A stretch of DNA of 64,000 nucleotides from Orbicella franksi. Lineage: Eukaryota. The notes under the pieces are model-generated. The model did no database searches. It was not told the origin of the DNA and saw only the letters and a program-made list of their open reading frames with translations. The position numbers and the translations under genes are program-made. Positions 1 to 11,672 of this stretch are shown piece after piece; position 1 is the first letter of the stretch, and every line of letters begins with the position of its first letter. The stretch is taken from assembly GCA_964199315.1 (NCBI GenBank), contig OZ116703.1, positions 310,001-374,000 on the forward strand, given 5' to 3'.

Positions 1-436
1 CAATATCGGCTGTGCTGTTTTCCAGTTGCAAACACGTGCATAAAATGTCTTAAATGAACATTGGTGTTTTGACCCAAAATGTCAGTCATTTGCGGTTCTT
101 ACACTAACTGGTCTAACCGGCCTAACTGGCCAAAACTGATGAGAGAAAACCAGCCTTTCGTCAAACCAAAGATGGTTTAAATATGAGCAAAATATCGCCT
201 TATATATGAAGATGGCTCTGAACCCTCTCCACAGCCTAATTACAATTACAAAACTAAAACAGGTGTCACCAGGCTTGTTTTTTTGTAAGGGTATTTTGAA
301 AAGTTTACACTGTTGCTATGGTAATCTATTACCAATGATTAGGCATTTGCTTGATACTTTGTAGCATAATCCGACTGATTCATTTTAACTAGTATAAGTG
401 ATAAAAAGAGCATCAAACTGTTGTCAGCCACCTTAA
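1..436. mobile_element. Probable end of a non-autonomous DNA element with GCCACC-TTAA terminus (Kolobok-like), truncated by the window edge
   Basis: Non-coding stretch ending ...CAGCCACC|TTAA at 425-436. A matching TTAA|GGTGGCT terminus occurs near 27470. The other end is outside the window and the classification is inference. Confidence 0.3.
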
Positions 437-540
437 ACGACAAAATACTACTCATAAATGTAATCTTATCTTTTAAAATTCCTCGCTGGCCACAGAATGT
501 CAACGAAATTCTTCATGTCACGTTAGAGATCCCTTCTTTA

Positions 541-1450
541 TAGGGTGTCACGAAAACTCAGACCCCGAAAACTCAGACCTCAGACCCCGAAAACTCAGAC
601 CCCTCGAAATTAAAAACTCAATTGTTATCACCTGAATTGCTCTACGGTCACGCAATGTTAATAGGCAACAGCCACGCTGGAGCGTAAAGGTAAAAACACG
701 TAAAAATTCAACACGTAGAAAACACGTAAAGGTCGAACCGATTGAACCGCCATGTCTGGTCTAGAAATGTGAGCGAACGAAAATTGAAAATTGGCGCGAA
801 GGCCCCGCCGCGAGGCAGATTTAATAAACTAAACCAGGCGGTATCATGAGAAAAAAAAATAGAAGTGTTTGGTTTTAAACTTACTGTTTCCTGTAAGAAA
901 TATTCACTATTCCCGTTATAAGTTGGAACGCAAACATGGCTATCTCTATGGACTCTTTTTTTCTCTTTTCTTTTTTTTTTTTTTCTCTAAATTTGTTAAT
1001 TTCTGCGGGTTGCGTGCCGACAGTCACGCAACGCACATAAAGTCAAAAAGCAGATTGCAATGAAATCTCCGTGTTTTCACTTTAAGCTCAAACGAGTATG
1101 TTTCAGAGAACAACAAATTTTTTTTGCTGCCTACGATTACATAAAAAAGGTCTGTTTTGAAGAACAGTGTCGGCTGCTGTTCTAAACCTTGTTAGTGTTT
1201 CACCGTTTGACCGACGCGAGAGCGATAATCCTGAGAAGTTAAATATTTGTTTTTCACTGTTCGATCGACGCGACCACATAGACCGGATAAGATAAAAATC
1301 TCGCCCCATTGTGGCCGTAAAGCAATTCAGGTGATAACAATTGAGTTTTTAATCTCGAGGGGTCTGAGGTTTCGGGGTCTGAGTTTTCGGGGTCTCAGGT
1401 CCGAGGTCTGAGGTCTGAGTTTTCGGGGTCTAAGCTTTCGTGACACCCTA
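541..1450. mobile_element. Non-autonomous TIR element (MITE-like, 910 bp) with long inverted repeats
   Basis: Left TAGGGTGTCACGAAAACTCAGACCCCG...GAATTGCT (541-~651) is the reverse complement of right AGCAATTCAGG...TTTCGTGACACCCTA (~1321-1450). The arms contain GACCCCGAAAACTCA sub-repeats. Direct repeat CTTTA flanks both ends (536-540, 1451-1455). No internal transposase ORF. Confidence 0.85.
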
Positions 1451-1529
1451 CTTTATGTCGCGTCGCCCAATAAACAGATTATATAACGCCTTTGTGATGA
1501 GAAAAATATTATTTACGAACTGATAGACC

Positions 1530-4500
1530 ATGAATCGCGTTAAACCAGGGAAAGCATTTGTCATTGGTGTTCTTACGGTTGGACTTTGGGTAATATTAGT
1601 CGTCGTTTATCTGTTTAGCCGTCAGAAAACCATTCCTAATGTGGCGTCTTTTCAAAATCAGTCCACATCTACAAGTGGGACAATTGTTGACCTGTTAGAG
1701 AGCAGCCGGTCGAAAGATCATTACAACATTAACAGACATTTCGAGCTCGAAGATATTCTGAAGGGTTTGAACAAGCATACTTGGGAAAGGTACTGTCAGA
1801 GCGGCTTAGAACAACTATGCAATTATCCAATTTTTCCTAAAGCGCCTGATAAAAGGAATTTTGTTCAGAATGTTAACATCATGTCTACGGTTAACGAAGT
1901 TGACGGCGCTGTTCGACTACTGGGCTACGTTCGACCAAATGCAACAGGAGAATATCAATTCTTGGTGACAACAAATGGCTTTGCTGAAGTTTGGCTCAGT
2001 CCCAGCATGAACTGGAAGGACGCTAAGAAAATTGCTTATGGCAAGCCTCAACATCTAAGATCAACGTTAAAGCAACTGTCCTTTGAAGCAATGAAATCCC
2101 AGATTTCGGAGACAGTGAGTTTATTAGCCAGACAGAAATACTATTTCGAAGTGATATATGTTAAAACTGATACGAAAAGTGGCGAACAGTTAATTCAAGT
2201 CGCTTGGAAAAGACCAGACAGAACTGAATTTGAACTAATTGAGGGAGAGTATTTCTCTTTGTACACAGAGGACAGTGACAAGGCTAAATTGAAAATCTAC
2301 GACGAAGAGTTGCCAGATGTCCTTGCTTGTGTGGAACTGCGGAGACGATTTGCGAACAAGTACATGAGGCCAGACACGCTTCCTTACTTGTCAAGAGCGG
2401 CAGTGGACAAGACGTTACCACTCTGTGAATATAAACCAAGTTATCTTCTTGATCCTGCGAATTTGCCGCGTGACTTAAAACTGTACCACGGTGTGAAAAA
2501 CGTTCAAAAAACATACACGTATCCATTTCAAAGCATAAGTGGAGTGTTACGGAGTGCAAAGGTTGCGCGGACAGTCAGGAAAACGTTTCTAGCTGAATTG
2601 CCGTTAAGTGATCTTGAAGCATTGTCAATTGTACGCATATACTGTAATGTTATGAAAAGGACGTATTCCAGGTAAGTGAAAAACAGAGACTATTGCGTTA
2701 GTCCGGTGAAAGGTTTTAGTTATGACATGCTGAGAATAACCCCGGGGGATCTCTGCAAAGCTTTTTAAGGGGAGGCCGCGCTCCGGGGCTCAACCCCATA
2801 TTCGTTTGTATGCTATTTAGACACTGCATCCCTTTTCTAAACCCTTGGAATGAAGTTGATGAACGATTTTACGGGAGAACATCAGAAATTACCGGATACA
2901 GCCACAAGGTGTGTCTGTTCGAAATGTATCTTAATTAAAGGCCCTTTTAAAAACATAACTGACAGATTTCCCTACCCTTTCGTATACCTAGCCTCAACTT
3001 ATGAAATCCCTGTCCTTTTATATACCTGAAGCCTGAAAAAGATACCCCTTTCGTGGGCAGCTTCCCCGTGTGGGCCATTATAGGGAGCACCGCCCGGGGA
3101 ATAACCCTATGATGTCATCAAGTGCTGATCAATGATATCCATCAGAACCTCTTATTTTTTTTTTAATTACAACGTATTTCGCTCTGTAAGTCTAGATAAA
3201 CTAAATAATTTATGTAATCAGAAGCAAGGTGTTTAGACTGAGATCCTATCGTACGAGGGGCATTTTGGTAGATAGCATGAGTCTTGGTATCATGCCTTTT
3301 TCTTCAAACAACAACAACAACAAAACAATAGAAAAGTATCAGGTCTGGAAGGAAAGACGACGAGAAAATAGGAGGGACGGTATACAAAACATGCGAGGAA
3401 GCTCCTGAAGGCAACCAACAACGCTCAACTTACATACGCGCACGCTAGATTGCTAAACTGAGTGCAAACTGCTTCACTGAAACAAAGGAAATAGTAACCG
3501 TCATGCGCACGCCAGCTGGAGAATTCTTTTAAGAATTAAAAGTAATATTATATTTTTCTGAAGTCATCTTTCTTCTGCAGGAAATACGAACTGCAGTCCA
3601 TTAAACGCGTAGAAAAGAAAGAAGATCCTGAACATGGAAGCAGATATCTCCTTGAGCTTGTAGTCAGAGATCTTATCAATGGCACCAACTATAATTTGGC
3701 AGAATATGTATTCCAACCGCGAGGTAAACACGATTCTTTGTGTTACCCCAAGGGCCTGCTGTGGGACAGGACAGCGGATGTTTATCTTATCCTCACGGCC
3801 AAGAACCTGGGTCGATGGGTTCATCATTTCATCAAGAACGTAGAACAAATTGTTCAAGAAACGAATGATGAACATTTACATGCGGTCATTTTTGACTTTG
3901 ATAGCCCCGATATTGATCTAGAACAGGCTTTCAAGAGGAGCACTCTGAAGAACTACCATTTTATCACACAGCCTGGAAACTATTCTCGTACAGTTTCCTT
4001 TAGCAAAGCGATAGAGTCGATAAAAAACCCTGACGCCATTATTGTCACCATAGACATGCATCTTGACATTGGAAGTCAGCTGATCAACGACATACGTAAG
4101 GTAACTTGTGGGGAAGGGAGAGAAGGTGACTCGGTAAAACATGTCCGGGAATTAAGGAAGAGAGCAAAAGGAACTAGCGTGATTAGAACGCGGTCAAAGG
4201 AATAACTTACATGGCAGGGACACCCCAGCCCTAAGGGTTGCCTTATTCAGAGCTGCCTTATAAAAAAGTATAAGTTTGTATGCACATCATTAGGAAATTC
4301 AGAAAAGTACTCTATTGTTTAAGTGATTAATGAAAATAAAAACGATCTTCCGTTGCCAGGATTGGCAAGTTCGAAAATTGCAGCCAAAACATCAATAATT
4401 CTACTAAAGGTCTAAAGAACATTGTCATAAATGACTAAGAGTCAAACTTCTTTTGAATTATTCACTCGAAACGAGGTTTTAATACATATAATTGGTAAGT

Positions 4501-4995
4501 TGGCAGCCATTTAAAAAAGGTTCTATAACAACTAAATGCTGGATGCCGCAAGTAAACATACGTGCTCGTGCATACAAGAATGTATGTCTTCTTGCGACAC
4601 TTTTTGTCCAGAGATTTGGTCATTCATTTTCCTTTTTTTTTTTGTAATTGACTTTTCAGCACTGCATCAAAGGAAAAACACTGTACGCTCCTCAAATAGT
4701 TCGTCTAAGTTGTGGCGGAAGCAGTGTCATTCCCAACGGCCACTGGTTCCATTATAGCTATGGAACAGTAGCAGTGTACAAAGCAGATTGGGAGAAATTT
4801 GGAGGATTTTCAACACGTTTCGACAACAAAGTCACGTGGGGAGGTGAAGACTGGGACATAATTGACGGTGCGGTCAAGGGTGGCTTGGAAATAGAACGGA
4901 AACGCTCTCCAGCTGTTTACCATTATTATCACACCAAAGCAGGAATGTGGCTGAAAGCAAAGAGGGCTACTAAAGGAACGTCAGGAAAAAAATAA
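1530..4995 (+). CDS. Beta-1,4-N-acetylgalactosaminyltransferase 3/4-like (type II TM, PA14-like domain, GT-A domain), paralog 1, 665 aa
   Basis: Exons 1530-2671, 3581-4100, 4660-4995 (phases 2, 0; 1998 nt). N-terminal TM AFVIGVLTVGLWVILVVVYLF. Motifs DMH (DxH), WGGEDW, ERKRSPAVYHYYHTKAGMW match the B4GALNT3/4 C-terminus (WGGEDW...HHFHSKRGMW). Confidence 0.85.
2741..3098. mobile_element. Non-autonomous element with CCCGGG termini in intron 1 of B4GALNT paralog 1
   Basis: Starts CCCGGGGG (2741) and ends CGCCCGGG (3098). Flanked by direct repeat GAATAAC (2734-2740, 3099-3105; extendable to 8-9 bp because of the C run). Superfamily not determined. Confidence 0.7.
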
Positions 4996-7560
4996 GAGTA
5001 GGGACTCTATTGTCTCATTTGTAATAAATTCAGTGGAGGTATAGCTCGTTAGATAGTAAAATAGATAGATGATTAATTTACAGTGGAACCTCTATTGTCC
5101 GTCCATTAACGTGCCACTTAATTCTCTCCAACGAGTCAAACCCAGTCAAACCAGTAGTGACTGAAATAACAAGGTGCGGTCATATAAACGAAGTGATAGA
5201 CAAAAGAAAGGGTTTTACAGTATTTATTTGCAATTCCTTCAATGGAGATCAGACTTGTGAACAACCAACTTGCGAGATGATTTAATTGTATTGCAGAGCC
5301 ATGTCACTTAGTGTGACCAGGTTACAGGGTCATTCGCATTTGATAGGATTGTCATCATTAACAAACCTGTTTAAGTGATTGAACACTTCCTAAGTCCTCG
5401 TCTAAAGTGCGTGTCAAGTAAGTCATTTAAGCTATAGAATTCTTTGTTCAATTGATAATACCCTTCCCGCCCCATCCACTACGTTTTGTTAGGCATAAAA
5501 AAGCATTCCTACTGGTTTCTGGTTTCGTGAGTGATCGATGTGATATTGGCGTGTTCCGTATTCCGTTTATTTCAGTCAAACGATAGCTCTTTCATCGTCA
5601 GCTCTTTCACCTTCACGTCCAATTTAACTTGCTTAAACTATCATGACAGTTGCACAACGCTTTCACATAACAGGTTTGGCCAAAAATGCTTTTTTATCTC
5701 AGTCATGCCAAATTTCTCGTGATCATCAAACAACATCGCATAATCTGACAGAGACGTAATAAATTGCCGCAGTTAGGAATAATGCATGAAATAAAGGATG
5801 CTTGTAACGGAACCCTGTTTATGATTATGTGCTGTGTTTTCTGCAGGGGCACGAAGAAACAGTACATGGTTTGGTAATTTATTGATTGATTAAATTGGCT
5901 CACAACATTAATTCAGGAGGTCAAGAGACCCTGCCTTCACTTAGGATTCTTACACAAGCGCACAAAAACGACCAAAATTTTTCCTTTGTCGTCTAAATGT
6001 TAATTTCTCAATGTTACTTTTTTGTTGATGAGCAATTAAAAACTATGGAAACCAACCAATCGAACATTTAAGGTCAAAGCAGACTTGTTTAGTTATGAAA
6101 ACCTCTAATGGGATAAATTATTTTGAGATTGTTAATATTAGCGGACTTAGTAAAAGACTAGTTTGAACAGACTGGGTTACAACAGGCTTTTGTTTGGAGC
6201 TTGTAGTTTGACTGTATGGTTATATACATAATTTCAGAAATCAGAAAACCTCTCCACCCTATTACCCATTTTTTTGCGTTAAACGCAGTCGCTGACAAAG
6301 TGCAATTTTTGCCATTATTTCGGATTCTTGCCTCGAGTAGATTTTTCATATTTTAGCATTTCACAGAAGTCGTTGCGAAGTCGATTGCACTATAAAAAGG
6401 CCAAGTCTCCAGTCTCAGGTAGACGTCACCTACAAGAGCTTTTTTGATTTTCTCCACTAATTATTTTAAGAAGCTTGAAATTAACTGAAAGCGATAAATT
6501 TGATGTGAGATTACAACTTCTGCTGTTTGGTGTACTTCATTTTATTCAGTGATGGTTAAAATTAATCCTTTCATGAGACGTCAAGCAGCTACCTTGTGTC
6601 CGAACTGCGCATGTCAGGGTCACGTTTCTCTAGCGGTGTCCTGATCCTTTAGACCACATTCCAGCTTTAGTGTGAAAATAATGGTAGACCCAGGGGCAAC
6701 GTTTTCTCTCTATTTCCAGGCCACTCTTGACCGCGCCGTCAATAATATCCCAGTCCTCGCCTCCCCACGTAACTTTGTTTGCAAAACGGTTTGAAAATCC
6801 GCCGAATCTCTGCCAGTCCTCTTTGTACATTGCTATTGTTCCATAACTGTAGTGATACCAGACACCTCTGGGTAAAGCGCTGCTTCCACCGCAATTTAGA
6901 AAGACGATTTGGGGAGCATACACCGTCTTTCCTTTAGAACAGTGCTGGAGAGAAAAATAAAAAGATAGTAGTGTAGTTGAATGATTCAGCTAACGTTAAT
7001 GTAAGTGTATAATCTGAAGAGAAGATGGAAGTCAGAAGTCAACACAATTGATAATGGCTAAGATGTGCGACTCTCTTTAGAATGGAATTAGCACCATCTA
7101 CACGTGGCAGCGATTTTATTATTTTGGATACCAGTCGACAAAGTTTCGACTTATCAGGGAAAATAAGAACTTGTCATTGATATCGGCATTGCCGCACAGG
7201 AATGGTGGCTATGTACTCACCTTGCGTATATCGTTAATCAGCTGACTACCAATATCTAGGTGTAGGTCGACAGTGACAAATATGGCGTCAGGTTTCCGTA
7301 TGGACTGCACTGCCCTACTCAAAGAAATTGTACGAGAATAGTTTCCAGGCTGTGTGATAAAATGGTAGTTCTTCAGAGTGCTCCTCTTGAAAGCCTGTTC
7401 TAGATCAATATCGGGGCTATCAAAGTCAAAAATGACCGCATGTAAATGTTCATCATTCGTTTCTTGAACAATTTGTTCTACGTTCTTGATGAAATGATGA
7501 ACCCATCGACCCAGGTTCTTGGCCGTGAGGATAAGATAAACATCCGCTGTCCTGTCCCAC
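3761..7560. repeat. Perfect 232-bp inverted repeat (3761-3992 vs 7329-7560) formed by exon 2 of the two B4GALNT paralogs
   Basis: Checked base by base: 3761-3992 equals the reverse complement of 7329-7560. First mismatches at 3760/7561 and 3993/7328. Confidence 0.95.
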
Positions 7561-7867
7561 TGCAGGCCCTTAGGATAGCATAAACGGGCGTTTTCACCTT
7601 TTGGTTGGAATACGTATTCTGCCAATATATAGCTCGCACCAGTGGTTAGATCTTTAACTTCAAGTTCAAGAAAATATCTGCTTCCTTTTTTGGGATCTTC
7701 TTTCTTCTCAACGCGAATAATGGATTTAAGCTCGTACTTCCTGTAGAGCAAAAGTAGAATTTGAGAAAAACAGAGAACAAAACCGGTTGGGTTTGGAATC
7801 CTTTTTCAGCCAATCGCGAACATTGTACAAAGCAGTCACGCCCCACTCAGGGGACTCCAAGCGTTTT

Positions 7868-7898
<31 letters not shown>

Positions 7899-9327
7899 GT
7901 AATCAAGGTAAGTGTTGTCAGTGCCATCTGCATCGCCTGATTGCACTTTACCTGAGTATTCTGGATATATCGAGAAAACTCATTCGTAATTGTTTATTAA
8001 CAGAATGGAGATATAGCCAAATAAAAAGAGGTAACAAAAACCCAAACTCGGTACTTATCTGTGTAAATGACAAAATTAATATATGAAAAATATACAAATA
8101 AATCCCCCAATAAAACGATAAATAAACAAACTATATAATTACCTAATTAGAACGAAAATCTTTGGTAGAATGGACAGCTTCAAAACTGTAACAATGTCAA
8201 AATTCTTACCCAGGGTAACTCTCCTCAATAGCTTCTATGTATCTCTCCACTACAGACCACGCCTCTTGTTCTTCTAACGGATTTTCAGCCCAGAAAACTG
8301 GATGGGCTTTTTGATTCCTTACGACGCCATCAATATTTGGATATGGGAAGCTTGTCGTTTGATGGACATGTTTTGTCACGCCATTATAGACTTGGAATTT
8401 AGATAGTTTATCGAAATTATCAGGTTCGAGAAGATAACTCGGTCTGTAATCACAAAAATCTAGCGTCCTGTTAACCGCTCTATTTTCTAAACTGGGATAA
8501 ATCGGTGGCCTCATGTACTTGTTGGCGTAGCCTTTTCGATATTTGGCACAACAATGAGCCTCTGGTAATTCATCGTCAAACATTTTGTACTGTGCCTTCT
8601 CGCTGTCATTTGTGTAGAGTGAAAGCGACTCGCCTTCAATAATCTCAAACATAGACTTCCCTGGTCTTTTCCAAGCGACCTGAAGAAAGCTCTCGCCTGT
8701 TTTTCGAGCGCCAACAGAATATATTATCTCAATGAAGTATCGCTTCCTCGCTTTTAAATAAATTCTCGTCGAAATCTGAGATTTTAAAGATTCAAAGTCC
8801 CATTTCTTGATCGTTGATGGTACATCTTGCGGGCTGATATAAGCAACTTGCTTTGCTGCCCTCCAACTCTTTATCGGGCTGAGCCAAACTTCAGAAAAAC
8901 CATTTGAAACAACAGCGAAATGATAATCGCCAGATAAATTGGGAAGCAAATAACCAATAAGTCGGTGCCCATCCACGCCACGATTTTTTGGAGCTATAAT
9001 TTCGGTTCGAAAAATGATTTGTCTTCTATCCGGTGCTTTTGGAAAGACTGGAAAATTACAAAGTGTCTCAATGGTCTTTACGCAGTTGTTTTCCCAAACA
9101 TGGTGGTTTAATCCCTTCGGTGAGTGAAGCACATTGTCCTCTTTGTCGGTGGCTGTATCTTCCAAGAAAGACAACCGCTCTAGAGAAACGACCAAACTGT
9201 TTTTGAGTTTTGTCGGATTTGGAAAACATTCTCGCCGGCCAAAAAGGCAAACATCTGTCAAAATTAGACCAAAACAGACAACAACTACGGCAACAACCAC
9301 CGCCAACTTTAACGTTGAAAGATTCAT
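6630..9327 (-). CDS. Beta-1,4-N-acetylgalactosaminyltransferase 3/4-like, paralog 2, 650 aa
   Basis: Exons 9327-8210, 7740-7221, 6944-6630 (phases 2, 0; 1953 nt). Same intron positions and same 520-nt exon 2 as paralog 1. TM LAVVVAVVVVCFGLIL; DLH; WGGEDW; HYFHTKAGMW. Confidence 0.85.
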
Positions 9328-9730
9328 TTCGTGAAGATAAAAAGCAATATTATCAGCTGGGATTGAAGCGAAGTAGCGAATGTCGAGTGTCGATCGAAAA
9401 TCACAGGAGCAACAGTGATACTAGCTCAGCTTCAAACCGTCACCGAATATTGAGTGTTTTGTATTTGCAACCAAGGAGTAACGGTTGCTAGTCGAGAAAA
9501 ATATATAAAATGAACACCAGCAGTAACTAAACCGTTGTATGAATGCTTGTCGGTTAGGACTAATCAGCAATGACGGATGAATTATTCCAAAATATTTCTT
9601 TAATCTATTTTATTCAGTTTAGTTACATATATATTATGTATTCCTCGCATACTCAGCAGAAGAAGACCTATTAAGTATAACTAAATAAATAAGTCACGCC
9701 CTTATTTTTGAATGATAGCACGTTCAGTCA

Positions 9731-9744
9731 GTTACCCGGGTAAC
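9731..9744. promoter_or_regulatory. Candidate RFX X-box (perfect palindrome GTTACCCGGGTAAC)
   Basis: Fits GTYNCY-N2-RGNAAC, about 400 bp upstream of the paralog 2 ATG. Function untested. Confidence 0.3.
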
Positions 9745-11210
9745 AGTGTCTCATCTCGGCAAAACAATTGCAAGCTCTGACAACAGAGAAGGTAGACGCT
9801 AGATAAAATGGTGTACAAAATACACACGTTCAGTTCATGCGGCACGATTTCGAGTTAGTTTACTGTTAGTTGATATTTTTCTACTGGGAGATTGACTGAA
9901 TCAACGTGATCAATATTAGGGGGTCAATAAAATTAAATGCATTTTGATTTAAAACAAAAATAGCTACGTATAGTGTCGATGAATTCTGTTGTATGAGTGG
10001 AAGGCAATTTATTCGTTATTTCCTCGAGGTCCTTTGTAAATGTTGTAGTTTACAGTGACTTCAAATCGAAATCAGCCCCCCTCTGAGTCATCCATCCGGG
10101 GACAATGATAATTTGGTCTGTTGAATCTGTTTTTTGTATTGGCTTTTGCAGAAGAATGTCATGTTACACACGAAAAGAGATGCTTTTCATAGGCTGAGTC
10201 CTCTCAGGCTATATTCTTTTAGGCTTCACTTACCTTCCCCTTTCTAAATTGTTTGTCTCTTAGTGTTACAGAGCCTGAATTAATTTTATTCTTACTCAAT
10301 TACAATCAGCTTCAGGTGAAAGTTAAGCCGTCGTTACACTTTGAGGAGAGACTAATTTGCCATGTGAAAGCTAGAATGGAGTCAAGAGGCAGTGTGAGAG
10401 TAGTCTAGTGCAGGTGTATATTCACTGTTCTATATGTTCACGGCATGTAATGATGGCTGACTAAATTACTTTGGCGCACTCAGGGGAATAAAAGAGAAAT
10501 TAACAAGGCCGAATAAACAATGGGACTCGAGAGCTGGAACAGGCGACGGATTTGCCTTTGCCAAGTATACTTTTATTTGCATATGAGAGTAAATAATCAG
10601 AAGCAATAATTACAAGGGAATGTGATATATCGTAGTCAACAGCAATCTTACAACAAGAACGTACATATCACTTAACACTGCGTTTTCAAAACTAAGTTAA
10701 CATACCCGTATACCTCGTCTCGCTTCAGCGTGTTTAATTTCACAGTCAAATTACAATTAATAGCTACAGTTTAAGGTCGGTGCAAGGTGTTAAAATTTGA
10801 CAACAACCTGCTAAAGATAAACCTGTTTGTTTAGTTAGTTAGCCGATTGCAAATGACCTATATACAAAATGTGGAAAAGTTTGTACGGTATGGAAATCAA
10901 ATGTGCACAACTTCAGGTGTGGTAACCATTTCAGAACTTGGCAAGATCACAATAGACAAGATTACAAAGGATATTGCGGGATATACTACAACCAATAGAG
11001 AAATCAATACCTAGACGAGTATAAACGAAATGCAAGCCTGAAATGCAGACAGCAAATATTCAAACACCGTAATTAATTCGATAATTTCGTGGATAAGAAC
11101 TCATCCGAGCCCTTGCGTCGTGTTCGTCACGGCTTTTCATTTTGAAATCTTATTACTACAAATTGATATACCACTGTAAGAGTTATCCAGGAAAACAAAA
11201 CTCTCTGGCA

Positions 11211-11672
11211 CTACTTATACGAGTTTGCCCTGTATTTCGCGATACCGTTTGAAACACCCAATCTTTTTTGGTATTCTAGCTGTTGTCTCTCGTAAAAATC
11301 TGTCGCTCCTTTCTTCAACAAGTACGCTGCACAATCAAGTCTGCCTTGTTTGATAGCTGTATGTAAAGGGGGCCAACCTTCCGAATCAGGCATGTTTACA
11401 TCTTCGTTTCCGTTTTCTATCAGCTCTTTAAGCAGTTCTACATTTCCTTCTGAGACCGCACGGTGAATTCTCGGCAGCCCATCCAGCCCTACGTCTAAAG
11501 GATTATCTTCCACGTATATCTTCGGTGGATCCGATTTGCTCGGTGAATGATTACTGTTGGCCAGGTCTTGTTCTAAGTTAGGCCCATCAATGATTCCTTC
11601 TTCTTCTTGAAATTTACACTGGAATTGTCTGAAAGACCTTTCTGACTTACTCAGCCGTCTGGAAAAAGGCAT
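11211..11672 (-). CDS. Small single-exon ankyrin-repeat protein (2 repeats, PPP1R27/MYPT-like), 153 aa
   Basis: DGLPRIHRAVSEGNVELLKELIENG and DSEGWPPLHTAIKQGRLDCAAYLLKKGA are ankyrin repeats of the MYPT/PPP1R27 type. An in-frame stop upstream supports ATG 11672. Confidence 0.75.
   Translation of the reverse strand: MPFSRRLSKSERSFRQFQCKFQEEEGIIDGPNLEQDLANSNHSPSKSDPPKIYVEDNPLDVGLDGLPRIHRAVSEGNVELLKELIENGNEDVNMPDSEGWPPLHTAIKQGRLDCAAYLLKKGATDFYERQQLEYQKRLGVSNGIAKYRANSYK

Noticed and set aside
5078-5222. Tiny Tc1-like MITE (TA|CAGTGGAACCTC ... GGTTTTACAG|TA) in the 3' region of B4GALNT paralog 1
   Set aside because: The right TIR is too degenerate to support the call.
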